From Perna viridis (lineage: Eukaryota), in assembly GCA_037379345.1 (NCBI GenBank), contig CM074515.1, positions 2,108,001-2,172,000 of the forward strand: DNA of 64,000 bases, given 5' to 3'. Positions 14,001 to 29,000 of this stretch are shown here, one piece after another. The position numbers and the translations under genes are program-made. Numbering within the stretch: the stretch's first letter is position 1; each line of letters starts with the position of its first letter. The notes beneath the pieces were generated by a model. That model was given only the letters and a program-made list of their open reading frames with translations, was not told the DNA's origin and made no database searches.

Positions 14001-17000
14001 ACATTAATATAACAACAGTGAGCAAGTTTACTAAGAGAATGGACTTCATGCACATCTACATATAATACCCAACCTCCCTATAAAATTTCATCAAAATCTC
14101 TTGAGTGGTTTAGGAGGAGTTGTGCTTACAAGAAATGTGGACAGACAGATGGACAGACAGGGTGGTTCCTATATACCCCTACAAACTTAGTTTGCATGGG
14201 GTATAGTAACAGCAGATAACTTTTATTAGCAGTTAAAAAGCAAAAAAAAATAATAAAAACAAGATGTTGGTATTAGTCAAACTAATGGAAGACATAAACC
14301 AAACAAAACAAAAAAAAACAAAAAATGTCTTTTATTTTTCAGAATGAATATGAAAGAAGATGAAAGAAATATGAGACTTCACATCAGTATCATTTAAACA
14401 TTAATGGCTGTCAAGGTTTATGCTTGATTCCAAAAGTGCTTGAGATCAATTTAAGTGACAATCCTCTATAGCAGGTTTAATAGAAGATTGTGGAAAAATG
14501 TTAGTGAAAATAACATTACACATCCAATGACAGAATAATAGAAGTCAGAGACTCCAGGTACATAACAGGAAATTTTACCATGATAGACTTCTACAATAGT
14601 CATTAGCACTCCATTATATATGAAGGACAAACAGTTTATGTAAGTATATAGCAAGTGTACATACCAGTGAACCACTAGTGTACCTCAGTATAGAGTACGT
14701 GCACATACCAGTGGACCACTAGTGTACCTCAGTATAGAGTATGTGCACATACCAGTGGACCACTAGTATACCTCAGTATATAGCAAGTGTGCATACCAGT
14801 GGACCACTAGTGTACCTCAGTATAGAGTACGTGCACATACCAGTGGACCACTAGTGTACCTCAGTATACGGCAAGAGTACATACCAGTGGACCACCAGTG
14901 TACCTCAGTATATAGTAAAAGTACATACCAGTAGTGTACCTCGGTATACAGCAAGTATATATACCAGTGCACCAATAGTGTACCTCAGTATACAGCAAGT
15001 GTACATACCGGTGCACCACTAGTGTACCTCAGTATACAGTAAGTGTACACACCAGTGGACCACTAGTGTGCCTCAGTATATAGTAAGAGTACATACCAGT
15101 GGACCACTAGTGTATCTCATTATATAGTAAGAGTACATACCGGTGGACCACTAGTATACCTCATTATATAGTTAGTGTACATACCAGTGGACCACTAGTA
15201 TACCTCTTTATATAGTTAGTTTACATACCAGGTTTAACCTCTGTTGTACAGATCATCTTCCTGGGATGGAAGTATCCATTTGTACATTTAGTTATCTTTA
15301 TGGTTCTGTTTCTGTCACATTCAATGAAGTCAGATTTCCACATCCTACTGGGAAATGGATTTGCTCCATCAGGGAGACCAATACATGAAGGTAATCTATT
15401 AGAACAAGAGACACAACTTGCATTGGATGCTGGACAAACATTCTGCACATATTCACCTGAAGTAAAAATAATTATATTTAAACTTGTTTTATCACTTCAT
15501 GATTTTACAATTGATCAAAACTACACAAAAGTTACAGTCATGTTTTGCATGTAAAAGCAGACATACACCATTTTAGTAGTACAATTTTAGAGGTAATGTC
15601 AAATCAGGCATTAAGGATACATCATCATACCCCCAAAACTTTGAAGTACCACTAAACCTTTGTTTTAATTGACTATCATGCTTGCCTGGCTCACACAGTA
15701 CCTTATAGAACTTTCAGAAATAAATACTTACAAGGTGCCATTGGTTCATGTTTACCTGGCTCATACAGTACATTATAGAACTTTCAGAAATAAATACTTA
15801 CAAGGTGACTTTGGTTCATGTTTACCTGGCTCACACAGTACCTTATAGAACTTTCAGAAATAAATACTTACAAGGTGCCATTGGTTCATGTTTACCTGGC
15901 TCATACAGTACATTATAGAACTTTCAGAAATAAATACTTACAAGGTGCCATTGGTTCATGTTTACCTGGCTCATATAGTACATTATAGAACTTTCAGAAA
16001 AAAAATACTTACAAGGTGCCATTGGTTCATGTTTGCCTGGCTCACAGTGTACATTATAGAACTTTCTACACTTCATTACAGTAGCATCAAACAGGTCTGG
16101 ATAGGTACACTCCTTCATGTGGTGGCCATATTTACTTTGATCAGAACAGTTATAATATTGTCCACAGTTCACTGGATTTGGTTTGATCATTCCAGGATTA
16201 GCACCACATACATTGTCTACATTGTCTGTAACATATATAAATGTTGATGGTAATGTGGAGGGCAATAATACTGTAATTTAATGACTGGGGTCAGCTCTTA
16301 TAGTAAGTTAAAATTTTAAGCTTGACAAATTGTGAACTTAAAAAAAACTCAAATTAACATAAAAATAATGAAAGTGGCAGGAACAGATAAACAGACAGAT
16401 GGCCAGACACCGTGAACATTATATACCTCCTGATTTCCAAGCAGGGTGGGAATGGGGTATAATAAATGATAGGTTTGTATGAAATAGTGAAGTATGCTGT
16501 GGACAAAATATCTTGTTGACAGAATATTAATTTTACTTAGATTTATATTGATACCCACTACAAAATCACAATATATTCTATATCTTTAAACTTACTTTTA
16601 TCAACAGCATCCATACACTGCAATGTGACAGGATTGAAGACAGATCCTGGTGGACAGTTCCGTACTGCCATTGTACGATTCCGTAGACAGGTGACATATT
16701 TACTGCTCCACAAAGCCATCAGGAAGGGTCTGTCACCATCAGGTATTCCACGACAACTTGGCAGCCTTTCAGGACAAGGTTTACATGCTTGATCCCCCTG
16801 AGAACATTTGTTCTCTTCATATTCACCTGAAAATAGCAACAAGGCATTTTATGTAGGCTAATGTAGGCTAAACCCTCAAAACTAACCAGGATTCCAGTGT
16901 GTGTCTAAAACATAATATATGAGGGAATCAACAAAGTCAAAAATAAAAAAAAAAAGCTCCATGTATTTTACTTGAACAAGAACTATAAAATGTGTAGCAG

Positions 17001-20000
17001 CGTAATTTTTTTTTAAATGAATTGAGACCAAGATATTAGACAACAATAAATCGAGACCAAAAATGGTAAAATCTTGACAAGAAAGAAAGCAAAACATCTG
17101 AGGAAAATACATACAGGGAGCCTGTGGTTCTGGTCTACTATCACATTGTGTTGCCATGAAGTTATGACATGTTTGTGTCTGTGTATCATACAGATCTGGG
17201 TATGTACACTCTTTGTGTTGTCCATCTGTACAGTTGTACAGTTTGGCACAGTTCTGGTAGTCTGGTAGTACTGCTGTAGGATGTGCTTTGCAATAATCAG
17301 GAACATCAACTGCAATAAAAACAGAAAGTTATAAGTATCCTAACGACCATTAAAATGCAAGAGTATATAGGGATACCGTGTGAATATTTGGAAATACTTT
17401 TTGATAATGCTCAAACTTGTGAGTAAACTTATACTAGAGAAATAAGACAAAGTATATCATAGTAATTTATATCTGCTTGTTAATTTCAATAGAAAAGCCT
17501 AACAAAAAAAAAACGAGTGCACAAGACATTATTCTGAATTTGAGCCAACAAGTTGCACTCTCTATCTAACTACATGCATAATGGAGGGACAAGGACTACC
17601 AATTAGAATGTTCAGGCATTGAACCCATGACCTCCCACATTTGAGGCAAACAATTCTCCCTCAAGGCATTATATAAAATTTACCTGGTTGAACCTTATCT
17701 TCACATCTCCTGGTTCTAGGGTTAAAGAACTGTTTCAGAGGACACTTGGAGACTGCCATGGTCCTGTTTTTATAACATTGAACATACTGATCTTCCCACA
17801 GATGTCCTGGGAATGGCTGGAAACCATCAGCTAGACCAACACAGCTTGGTAGTCTCTGTGGACATTTTACACAAGCTGGATCACCATTCTTACACAGGTT
17901 CTGCACGTACTCACCTTAAAATAAAGAAATAGATGGAAACATATTTGATTCATAAAATTAAAAACTATCACAGTCCATGGTCAATGGTCTGAAAAATACT
18001 CATGATTTAGTTTTATATACAATGATATAAATCATATAATAAATACACAATACACAGAACCCATACAAGTATTATTTTAGATTCTATCAGACAAAGCAAT
18101 AGTCAATCCTCTTAAAACATATCAATCAAGAGACTTACATGGTGCCTGCGGTTCAAGTCTATCCTTACAGTCAACTGATTGGAATCTTTGGCATGTTAAT
18201 GTCTGTGTATCAAACAAATCAGGATATGTACACTCTGTACCACTGATTGATATCAACCGACTTGTTCTGTTCTGATTCACTTTAGTACAGTCAAAATAAT
18301 GTGCACAGTTATCATGGTCTGGAATTACCTCCCTTGGATTGGCTTTACAGTATCCTGGTACATCCACTGAAATGTACAAAAGTAAGAATCACAAAAAGTT
18401 TCAGGTAACATAATAAGTTTTCTGTCAAATTACAATTATTTATACAAACGGTTCTCAAACAGAGTCACTGTACAAACATTGAACGTACATGTTCCTATAG
18501 TCCAGACTTTACATTAAAACTTTTAAAGTGTCTGTCAAGATACTTATGATAGCTAACTGCTTGTCATGACAGATTCTGTATCTCTTGAACTTAAATGCAT
18601 AAATATTTCATTCCTACTAGTGTATATTTTCTATATAACATCATATGGTTTGTATGGAGGTTCTGAAAGCAAAATCTTGCAGATTCTAGTCAATGAAAAA
18701 TAAGGAGATATATGAGAAAATGGCCAAAACATACAAGACATCAATTTTACTGTTTACAATGGTTTTGTAAGAGTGTACCCTGAGAAAATATCTTATGCCT
18801 GTTTCTGTTGAACTTGAAAGGCAGTACAATGGCAGTGAAAACAATTAGATATTACTATAAATGATTTAAAATACCAACCATGATCTATTATTTCTGTACA
18901 AGCACGCTTTGTAGGATGGAAGTAACCCTTGGTACATTTCTTTAGTTCAATAGTTCTATTTTTGTAACAGACAGCATAGTCAGGCTTCCATTCTCTGCCA
19001 ATAAACAGGTTGTCTCCATCTGGTAAGCCCACACAGGTAGGTAACCTGTCTGGACACTTTGGACAGGTAACATCACCTGGAGCACACTGGTTTTGCTCAT
19101 ATTCACCTGTAAAATAAAGGTAATTAATAAAGTTCACATTTCATATCACACTATTCTAACAAAAGATAAACAAAATTGTAGAAATATGAGCTCCACTATT
19201 TTGACAAGATCCCTGATATGAGATTTAATGTCGACCACAGAAACTGCTAAGTTAGTTCTTAAATTATCAGTGGTAAAATGAACAGATAAAGACATCTTCA
19301 TGAAATGGTTGAGGTTAACTAAATAGAATTTCAAATGGAGTTATAACTGGTAATATCCCCTTCATCTACAGAAATGATCAGATTTTACCAGGCCTTTCTC
19401 TATAGAAATGATCAGGACCACCAGACCATCAATATTTTACTGGACCTTTCTCTATAGAAATGATCAGGACCACCAGACCATCAATATTTTACTGGGCCTT
19501 TCTCTACAGAAATGATCAGAAACACCAGACCATCAATATTTTACTGGACCTTTCTCCATAGAAATGACCAGAAACACCAGACCATCAATATTTTACTGGG
19601 CCTTTCTCTATAGAAATGATCAGGACCACCAGACTATCAATATTTTACTGGGCCTTTCTCTATAGAAATGACCAGAAACACCAGACCATCAATATTTTAC
19701 TAGCCCTTTCTCTATAGAAATGATCAGGACCACCAGACCATCAATATTTTACTGGGCCTTTCTCTACAGAAATGATCAGAAACACCAGACCATCAATATT
19801 TTACTGGACCTTTCTTCATAGAAATGACCAGAAACACCAGACCATCAATATTTTACTGGGCCTTTCTCTATAGAAATGATCAGGACCACCAGACTATCAA
19901 TATTTTACTGGGCCTTTCTCTATAGAAATGACCAGAAACACCAGACCATCAATATTTTACTAGCCCTTTCTCTATAGAAATGATCAGGACCACCAGACCA

Positions 20001-23000
20001 TCAATATTTTACTGGGCCTTTCTCTACAGAAATGATCAGAAACACCAGACCATCAATATTTTACTGGACCTTTCTTCATAGAAATGACCAGAAACACCAG
20101 ACCATCAATATTTTACTAGGCCTTTCTCCATAGAAATGACCAGAAACACCAGACCATCAATATTTTACTGGGCCTTTCTCTATAGAAATGATCAGAAACA
20201 CCAGACCATCAATATTTTACTGGGCCTTTCTCTATAGAAATGATCAGAAACACCAGACCATCAATATTTTACTGGGCCTTTCTCTATAGAAATGATCAGA
20301 AACAACATACCATCAATACTTGCTTTAAGATAGACCTCAAAAATCAAATAATGAAAACACCTGTGAGAGCTTCTAACAGTCAAATAAATGTAGGATATTG
20401 GAAACACAGTGTAACAACCAACTAGTTATATTAGATATTGACAATATAATTTGTCTCCCCTAGATACATAATGGACATTACTGACATACATGGAGCTTGA
20501 GGTTCCTTCCTGGTCTTACAGTCTACACTGGTAAACTTAGTACACATCTTCATCACAGGGTCATACAGGTCAGGGTAAGGACACTCCATTGGTTTCTGAC
20601 TGACTATAACTGGCAGACCTCCACTGTAGGTTGTTGCCATGGCAATAGAACAGTTGTAATAATGAGCACAATTGTCTGGATCAACAAGTACTTCTGTAGG
20701 GTGAGCAATACAGTACTGAGGTATATCAACTAAAAATTAAAAAAAAACAATGAACTCATAATAAAGACAAACAATAAATTGTATAAGCTGAATATGCTGG
20801 AGATGTTTCCTTAGGAACGTTAAAATGAAGTCAAATGACATTAGTATTTTTACACCTTACAAAGTATACAAGTAATCAAAGTATGACAGTTCTAATATTT
20901 ATCTTAAATTTTGTTAAAATGAGTTGCACATGCAATACCTTATGACTAACAGGAATTATGTCATAAAATCTGAAATCAACACCTGAGAAAAGTCACATAA
21001 CTCAATACAATGTGAAGAACCCATCTAAATCTAAGCATGGTAGAAGGATGCAAAAAGTCTGAAACAAGCAGCATTTGAACATAAAGTGCCTATAATGTCA
21101 ATAAATTAGCAAAACACTATAAAACACCAAATCATATCTTTTTGTAGTGCAGTTTCAACATATCCACATCTTTATAGGACTTCACAATTTTTGTATTGTT
21201 ACCTTTGAGTACATCAAATTTGGATTTCTGAGTTAAATGACATCAAAATATTTTACCTCCAGGAAAATCATTCTGACATTTCTAAGTCAAGCTACCCAGC
21301 CTTTGAGAAAAGTCATCTTGACTTTTCTTTAATCAAATGACATTAAGTTACCATGGTCTTACCATTGGGAACATCCTCATGATATTTCTGAATCAAATGA
21401 CATTAAGTTACTTTACCTTTGGGAACATCACCTAAACATTTTTGAGTCAAATGACATCAGGGTACTTTAATTACCTTTGGGAACATCATCCTGACATTTC
21501 TGAGTTCTTGGATTGAAGTAACCATGGCTACAATGTGTGATATTCAATGTCCTGTTTTTATAGCAGGTGATGAAATCTGACATCCACAATTTGTTTGGAA
21601 ATGGATTGTTACCATCTGGATGTCCAACACAGGAAGGCAGCCTTTTAGGACAGGGGAGACAAGTAGGATCTGAACTGTTACATGCATATTTGTTTTGTAA
21701 ATATTCACCTGAAAGGAATTCAGGAAAAGATCAATTATTTTCCACTTTTCTTAAAACCTGTCTACACTGTCTAACCTGTCAGCGCAGCATGACAAGAACA
21801 CAGCCAGTTGATCTATGTTCACTTTGGGCAAGTGTAAAACACTTAAACATATGGACTTACAGTTTATTACAGACACAGCAACTGGTTTGGATACAATACT
21901 GCAAAATATTTTGAAAAGTTCAGCTTTCAAAGTGTTTTCATGGATCATTTTGTACCCAATAATCTCAAAAACAGCTAGTGAAGGAGTAAATTGCTAGTTT
22001 AACTCTTTAAGCCCTTGTAAAGAGAAACAATTTATCCAAAACATTATTACAATTAGATGAAAAATTTTTAAAATTGTCTTTCAAAAAAGACATTAAGATT
22101 GAAAATACAGGTAGGGTTTTCATAAAGGAGTTCAATGTTTTGTTTTTCATAATCAGACCAGATATTAAGGGTGAAGCTCTACTTTGACCCCCTCAAGACT
22201 GAAAATATTAAATCTTTGTTAAAATCTGTTAAATAATCTTAAAGCAGAATTGTCAAAATTGTATGAGAAATAAACCATCTATATCAATTTTGAATAAACA
22301 ATTATATTACTCCATTTGGTCCCTATTTAGCACAACGGTAGAGGCCAGTGACCCCATTTTAAATAGCTAACTTCCTCAAATTTTATGACATTCAGGTCAC
22401 TGCTTCTAAAGTTATCACAAAAAAACAAAATAATTAACACTGAAGCTGGCGCTGACAACAACTTCAACCACAACAAGGACAACATCGCATGAAAATATGA
22501 CTGAAATTTTTTACAGTTGTATAAAACATTGACTTACAAGGGGCCTCTGGTTCATGTTTTGACTTGTTACATTTCACTTGTTCAAAGCCTTTACATGTCA
22601 GTGTAGTTACATCAAATAGATCTGGGTATTGACATTCCATCAGATGGTGGCCATAGTTAGATGATGCTGAACAGTTGTAGTACTGACCACATGTATCAGG
22701 GTGTGGTACAATGGCCGATGGGTTGGCTTGGCAAAATGCATCAATGTTTGCTACAAAATAATACACAGGTTAATCTATTGATCTATTTATACTTTATAGT
22801 ACTTAACTAATCTTAAAAACTCAAAGCTTATGAAAATTAGGCAATTTCTGGATGTATGGCTACAGTCTTTAAATACCAGATATGTATTAAGAGTAAGCAA
22901 CAAAAAAAGGCAAGAAATAGTCAAATCAATCCTTTCCAGCAGAATAATGACTAAGCAGAATTATGACAGTAAAACCTTAAGATATTTTTGTAAGCCTTCT

Positions 23001-26000
23001 ATTAGGAATCATTTCATTATCTGAAAACAGCTTTCTAACTATTATGGTTTTCAAGATGAAGGCAAAAACCACAAATATGGTTGATGAGACATTTCAAGGG
23101 CAATTAACCCTTTGTGGAGTTTATTTATCACTTCCTTAAGACTTGTTATAAGGATTGCTTCATTCATTGAAAATTTAATAATTTATGCAAATTAATCTAA
23201 TTTTCAAGATAGAAGCTATCAAAAATAATTATCCCTTTCTGTCTTTGAAAGACTTGTATAAGAAGCTGTATTCCATATTCAACCCATGAAAGCTTTTAAA
23301 AGTCTTATAATAAAAGTCGCTTTTTTGGTTTGAGAGATTCTTTCCACCTATAACAGATCCTGAAACAGAAGGCAATGACATGCTTTACAGGGTGCAGCTT
23401 GATACAACTGCAGAGGTTGAACCTTAGTATGGACACACCAATCAGAACCAATTGCTCCTACATTGAACAATCAATTGATTTTGGCTTTGTTAATAGTGTA
23501 GCCTAAGTTAGTATGCACAAGTCATATATAACTTTCTTCCATCATAATAAACAAAAGGTGTGAAATTATCATCTTAACAAAAAAGTGGAAAAAACTCTTT
23601 CATGAAGATTTATTGAATTTAAGTCCCAATGAGTAAAATGTAGCCCAATGATTCTGCCAATTTAACATGTGAAACAGTTTTGCTCAACATGGAATTATAA
23701 AGTATGAATGTTGTCAATATTGACATAAATAGGACTATAATTCTTCAAAGGAGTTGTCCTGTTGAAACTATCGTAGCCCTAATGATTTCGAACAATTTAC
23801 TAATTAAAAAGTAGAAAATTGTAGAACTTGTGATGCTTTATTTGGCATATCCTTTCAGAATCTCTCTCTTCTAGTTTTAGAGATTCATCTATTTATAGCT
23901 ATGGTAGTCAATCTGTTTTGATTACAAATATGGCACATTCAATTTTGAAACTACATGTGTTATAGATTATTATACCAAAAATTGTGCTTCATCAGATATA
24001 TTTTAGAAAAAAAAAGAATGTTGCATGAAGTAAATGGATGATGACCAACATCAAGTGATGATTTAATCTTACATAGTCCATTGGTTAAGGTGTTTTAAAT
24101 ATAGCACTGTCAGACATTTTACACCTGAACAGCATAAGTAACACAATTTGGATAGTTAACACTACAACAATACCTTTGACCAAATCTGGTTACTATCATT
24201 TGGAAGATTTTTCATAAAAAGTTAACAAAAGTGAGTTGTAATTATACAGAGCTACATTACAAGCTTACTAAGGTACAGACATACAGAGAGACTGTCTGTT
24301 ATATAGAGCTTTGTTACAACTTTTACCTTTAGGTATCTTGCTGAGACAATGTAACTGGTTTGGATCAAACACCTGACCAGCTGGACAATGGCGGACAGCC
24401 ATCGTCCGATTCTGCAGACATGTCACATACAAATCTGTCCACAAAGCAGACTGGACACCTTCATCTCCATCAGGTAAACCACGACAGCTTGGTAAACGTT
24501 TAGGACAGACTTCACAGGTTAGATTGCTAGGTTTACACAAGTTCTGATCATATTCACCTGTAATTGTGCAAAAGATTTTCCTTGGAAGATGTTTAGTTAA
24601 AAGAATGTAAATAAATAAATATATAATATTTAATATGTCACAGGTATTTACTTGATGATGAAGTGAGTTGTGTTCTCTTATAACATCTTTATAGGTATTG
24701 TTGTACAATTCTTAAGACTGAAATAATTCTTTTATTTGTGCTGTATCGTCCAGACTCGATGAACCGATACCTATTAAGTTTACTGGTTGGTAGCTTCCTT
24801 TAAACTTTATATGATATATATATATAAAATATTGATCTGTGGATTACAGTGCCCTCCAGAGCATGTGTCTCTGATGTTATATAGTATATATACTTTATGC
24901 TGACTGAAGATAAATCACTTTATTAGCTTTACTTACATGGAGCCTGAGGTTCTTTCCTGGTCATACAAGATACATTCTGGAATCTTTCACACTGTCTGGT
25001 TGCTATGGAGAACAAATCTGGGTAGATACATTCAGATATATCAGCAGATTTTCCTGTCTTATTCTGAGAACAGTTGTAGTACTTGGCACAGTTTGTTGGA
25101 TAAGGAATCATAGCTTTAGGATGGGTGGAACAGTAATCTGGTACATCAACTGAAATTATATTACAAGACTAATATAACTACTTTCAATTTCTTCGTTATT
25201 AATACTAAAATGTTACATTAAAATCATCAATTGTTTATATTACAACCATTCAACCATTGTTACTGTAGGAAATGTTTGATGCTTCTTTACATTATGTGAA
25301 GAACAAATCAATGAAAATCCAGAAAGTATGCATTTTATTTTGTATGAAATCAACAGGAAAAAAAGTATTTTAACTGGTAATGAACAACCATACAGCAGTA
25401 AAAACGGAGGAAACAAATAAACAACCTAAATTATTTTACAAGAGAAATTACAAACTAGAGGCCCCAGATGGAATGAATTGCTCACTTGGAGCTCATTTAT
25501 CTGCTTTATTGATATTTGATGTCAGTTTGATATAATATTTAGCAACTGAAACCTTTTCCCTATCTGCTTCAGTTCTTCTAATATTTTAAGACAAAAAGTG
25601 CAAAAAAGGAGATTTTTTATCTTTCACAAGCGGTAACTCCTATTAAAAGACTTTCCTTGCTACACATTAGTTGAAACTTTTGTTGGTTTTACCTTAAATT
25701 CATCAATCAAAAGTTTGTTCTATCTATTATGGTCATAATAGTTAAAAACTGCAAAAACATATTGATGGCCATAACTCTAATTAAGAAGTTATCCTACAAC
25801 TTAGACCCTGTGGAAACATAAGTAAAATTCTGCAAGCTTCAGAAGGACAGTCATATTCATTTTTCTCCATATGTCATAGTTTTTGTGTTATAAATTTACC
25901 TTGAAATAAGTTACCTTTCCCCTATGTTCTATAAACAGATATGGTGGCCATGTTTGCTGGATCAAGAAACAGTACACCATTTTTAAGCAGAAAAACTAAA

Positions 26001-29000
26001 TTAGACCATTTCTACCAATTTTCATTGATATAAAATATGTCAAGAAGTTTCAGAGAAGAAACTGTCTGAAGTTTGAAGTAATGTTAACAGAAGATGATGA
26101 TGATTTAGACAACAGGTGTTGAGTGATGGAAATACCTCACATGGTCATTCTGACCAAGTGAGCTAAGATCTATAAAAGTAAAGCAATTCTGACCTGTAGG
26201 TACATCTTTAGTACATGTGTCCAGTCTTGGATTGAAATATTCTCCCTGTGGACACTGTTTTACTTTCATGGTTCTATTTTTATAACATTCAATGTAGTCT
26301 GCCTGCCACATTTTGGTGGGGAATGGTTGTTCCCCATCAGGTTTCCCCACACATGATGGCAGTCTGTCAGGGCAGTGGGCACATGTTGTGTTGCCCAAGG
26401 AACATAAATTCTGTTGATAATCACCTAGAATAAATTAACAAACAAGTTCTAGTTGAGAAATACATTATTGAGGATAAAAGACACATATAGTTCATAAGCT
26501 CATGCTCATATATATATTTTTGTATTGATTTCCAGGTAATGGCTAAAATGAAAGAAACCATCAATTTTTTGGCCTGAAAAGTACAATAACTCAAGTATGC
26601 CTTATCATTATAATCATTTTTCTTTATATTATGAAACCTACACCATTGACCCTATAAGACTTTTTTGTAGAGTTCTTAAAGCAGAAGGAGGTTTTCTCAA
26701 TCCCTCATACTTAAACCAGGAGGAGATTTTCTAAATCCCTCATACTTATTGAAATAAGTTATGTTTTATCTTAGTTTCTATAAATAGACTTAGCAGCCAT
26801 GTCTACTGCCTGATCAGCATCATTGATATTATACTTTTTACAATATACCTTATAAAAATGTTATTGACAATTTTTTTTACAATCCTTTTGAGGGAATTCT
26901 GAGGAGTATATTTTTTTTGGAAATGTTAACAATTACAACTATGGCAACAACAGACAACCAAAATGATGTAAGCTCACTTGGGACTTTCGTCCAGGAAAGT
27001 TAATAAAAGCCATTTCTTGACAAAGAACAAAACAGATAATTAATTCTACAGACTTTTATGGTACTAAATAAAGACATTGTTAGATTAACTAACACTTTTC
27101 AAATTGGTTCAATTCACATTAAAATCATCAACACAAGAAATTGTAACATTACACTTACATGGAGCCTGTGGTTCTGGTTTCTTATCACAGTTGACTTTTT
27201 CAAACTGGTTACATCTTTTTATACTATCATCAAACAGATCAGGGTATTGACACTCCTTCCTGTAGTTGCCTGGCAACTGTCCTGTTGCCCTAGTAACTGT
27301 AGAGGTTGTAGGATCAGAGCAGTTGAAATAGTGAGCACAATTATCTGGGTCAGCTAGGACATCACTGGGATGGGCTTTACAATAATCTGGTACATCAACT
27401 AAAATAAAGTTTTCAGCAGTAAATATTAGCCCATCTATACTTTACATAATATGATTTCTATGATTAAGATGAACTCATCCAAATAATACATAAATAATAC
27501 TCTGTAGAAAATTTTATTGATGGTGGTTTTATGTCTTATGGCAGATATTAAATGTGTACCAGGATGGAAATAATTGACAAATCAAACAGACATTGCTTTG
27601 TACTAGTCTGACATGCCTGATTTTTATGGGCTAGCAAGTCTTATGGGGGAATGATCAATTCATCCAAGATTGTAACCACTTTAAACATAGTAATCTCATA
27701 TCAAAATCTAAACAAGTGTTTTCTTTGATAAAATTTCCTTCATTGTCAAAATCTTTATTTCTTATTCCTTGATAAAGAAGCATATCGTAATACCATGATT
27801 AGACAAAATGTCATTACAAATACAACTATACATACATTTTAAATCTTATAAAACTTTCCTTATTTCAACCATTAAATCTGAATCAATATAATAATGACCT
27901 TGTGATATTCTGACCTGTGTTTTTGACTATTTATACAACATGAAGTTGACCATGTCGTCATTCTAGGCATACCTTACTTGTAGAAGAATATTTGAGAGCA
28001 ACAAAATCACAAACAATATCTGCCCCATCTATATGATGCCACACACCAAATTTAAAATCAATTCATTTATTAAGGGCTGAGGTTTTGTGACAAAAATTTG
28101 CTCTATCTTACATATACTGAAAAATGGCCCACTTAACAGAAATTTGATAAAGGATAGCACCCAAAATCCCTATTAAAATATGCACAATCTTTATGAAGCC
28201 ACACACCAAATATGAAATCAATTCATCTATTGGGAGTCGAATTACTGTAAAAGTACCATTGTTCATGGGGTTCCAATTTTCAAGGCGTTCGTGATTAGGC
28301 CAAACCACAAAATTTGATTTTCAACAAAATGGAGATTTCCATTGATTTGATTACAGAAAACTTCACAACCATGAATTCAATAATCCATAAAATTTGAGTT
28401 TCTTATCTAAACCATGAAAATTGGAATCTACAAATAAAAGTACTTTTACAGTAACTGCAATGAAATTCAGAGGGACAGACAGATGGACAGACAAAGTGAT
28501 TCCAATATACCATCCACTGGTTAAGTGGGGGTGTAATAATATGTCTAATTCCAAAGACAAGTTATCATACATATAACTCCAAAGCTTGGCAATAACTACC
28601 CTTAGTAACATCCTTGGTGCATGTGTCCAGTCTAGGGTTGAAATATTCTCCCTGTAGACACTGTTTTACTTTCATGGTTCTATTTTTATAACATTCAATG
28701 TAGTCTGCCTGCCACATTTTGGTGGGGAATGGTTGTTCCCCATCAGGTTTCCCCACACAGGATGGTAGTCTGTCAGGACAATGGGCACATGTTGTGTTGC
28801 CAAAGGAACATATATTCTGTTGATATTCACCTAAAATAAATTTTCGAATATTTTTTTAGATTATCAAGTTCCTTTAAAAAATTTTAGATGGATAAAAAAA
28901 GTTCATTTATTTTCACTTTACTACAGTTCCACTTTAGAATCAGAGAGTGATAAGTCCATATGTATTACACACCCATTAGTTGAGAAAGTTTCATTAACAT

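Noticed and set aside
19383-20317. CRISPR-like appearance of regular 30-52-bp repeats (also 5879-6443, 12022-13286, 14645-15217)
   Set aside because: Units are head-to-tail with no unique spacers, there are no cas genes, and the context is spliceosomal introns.
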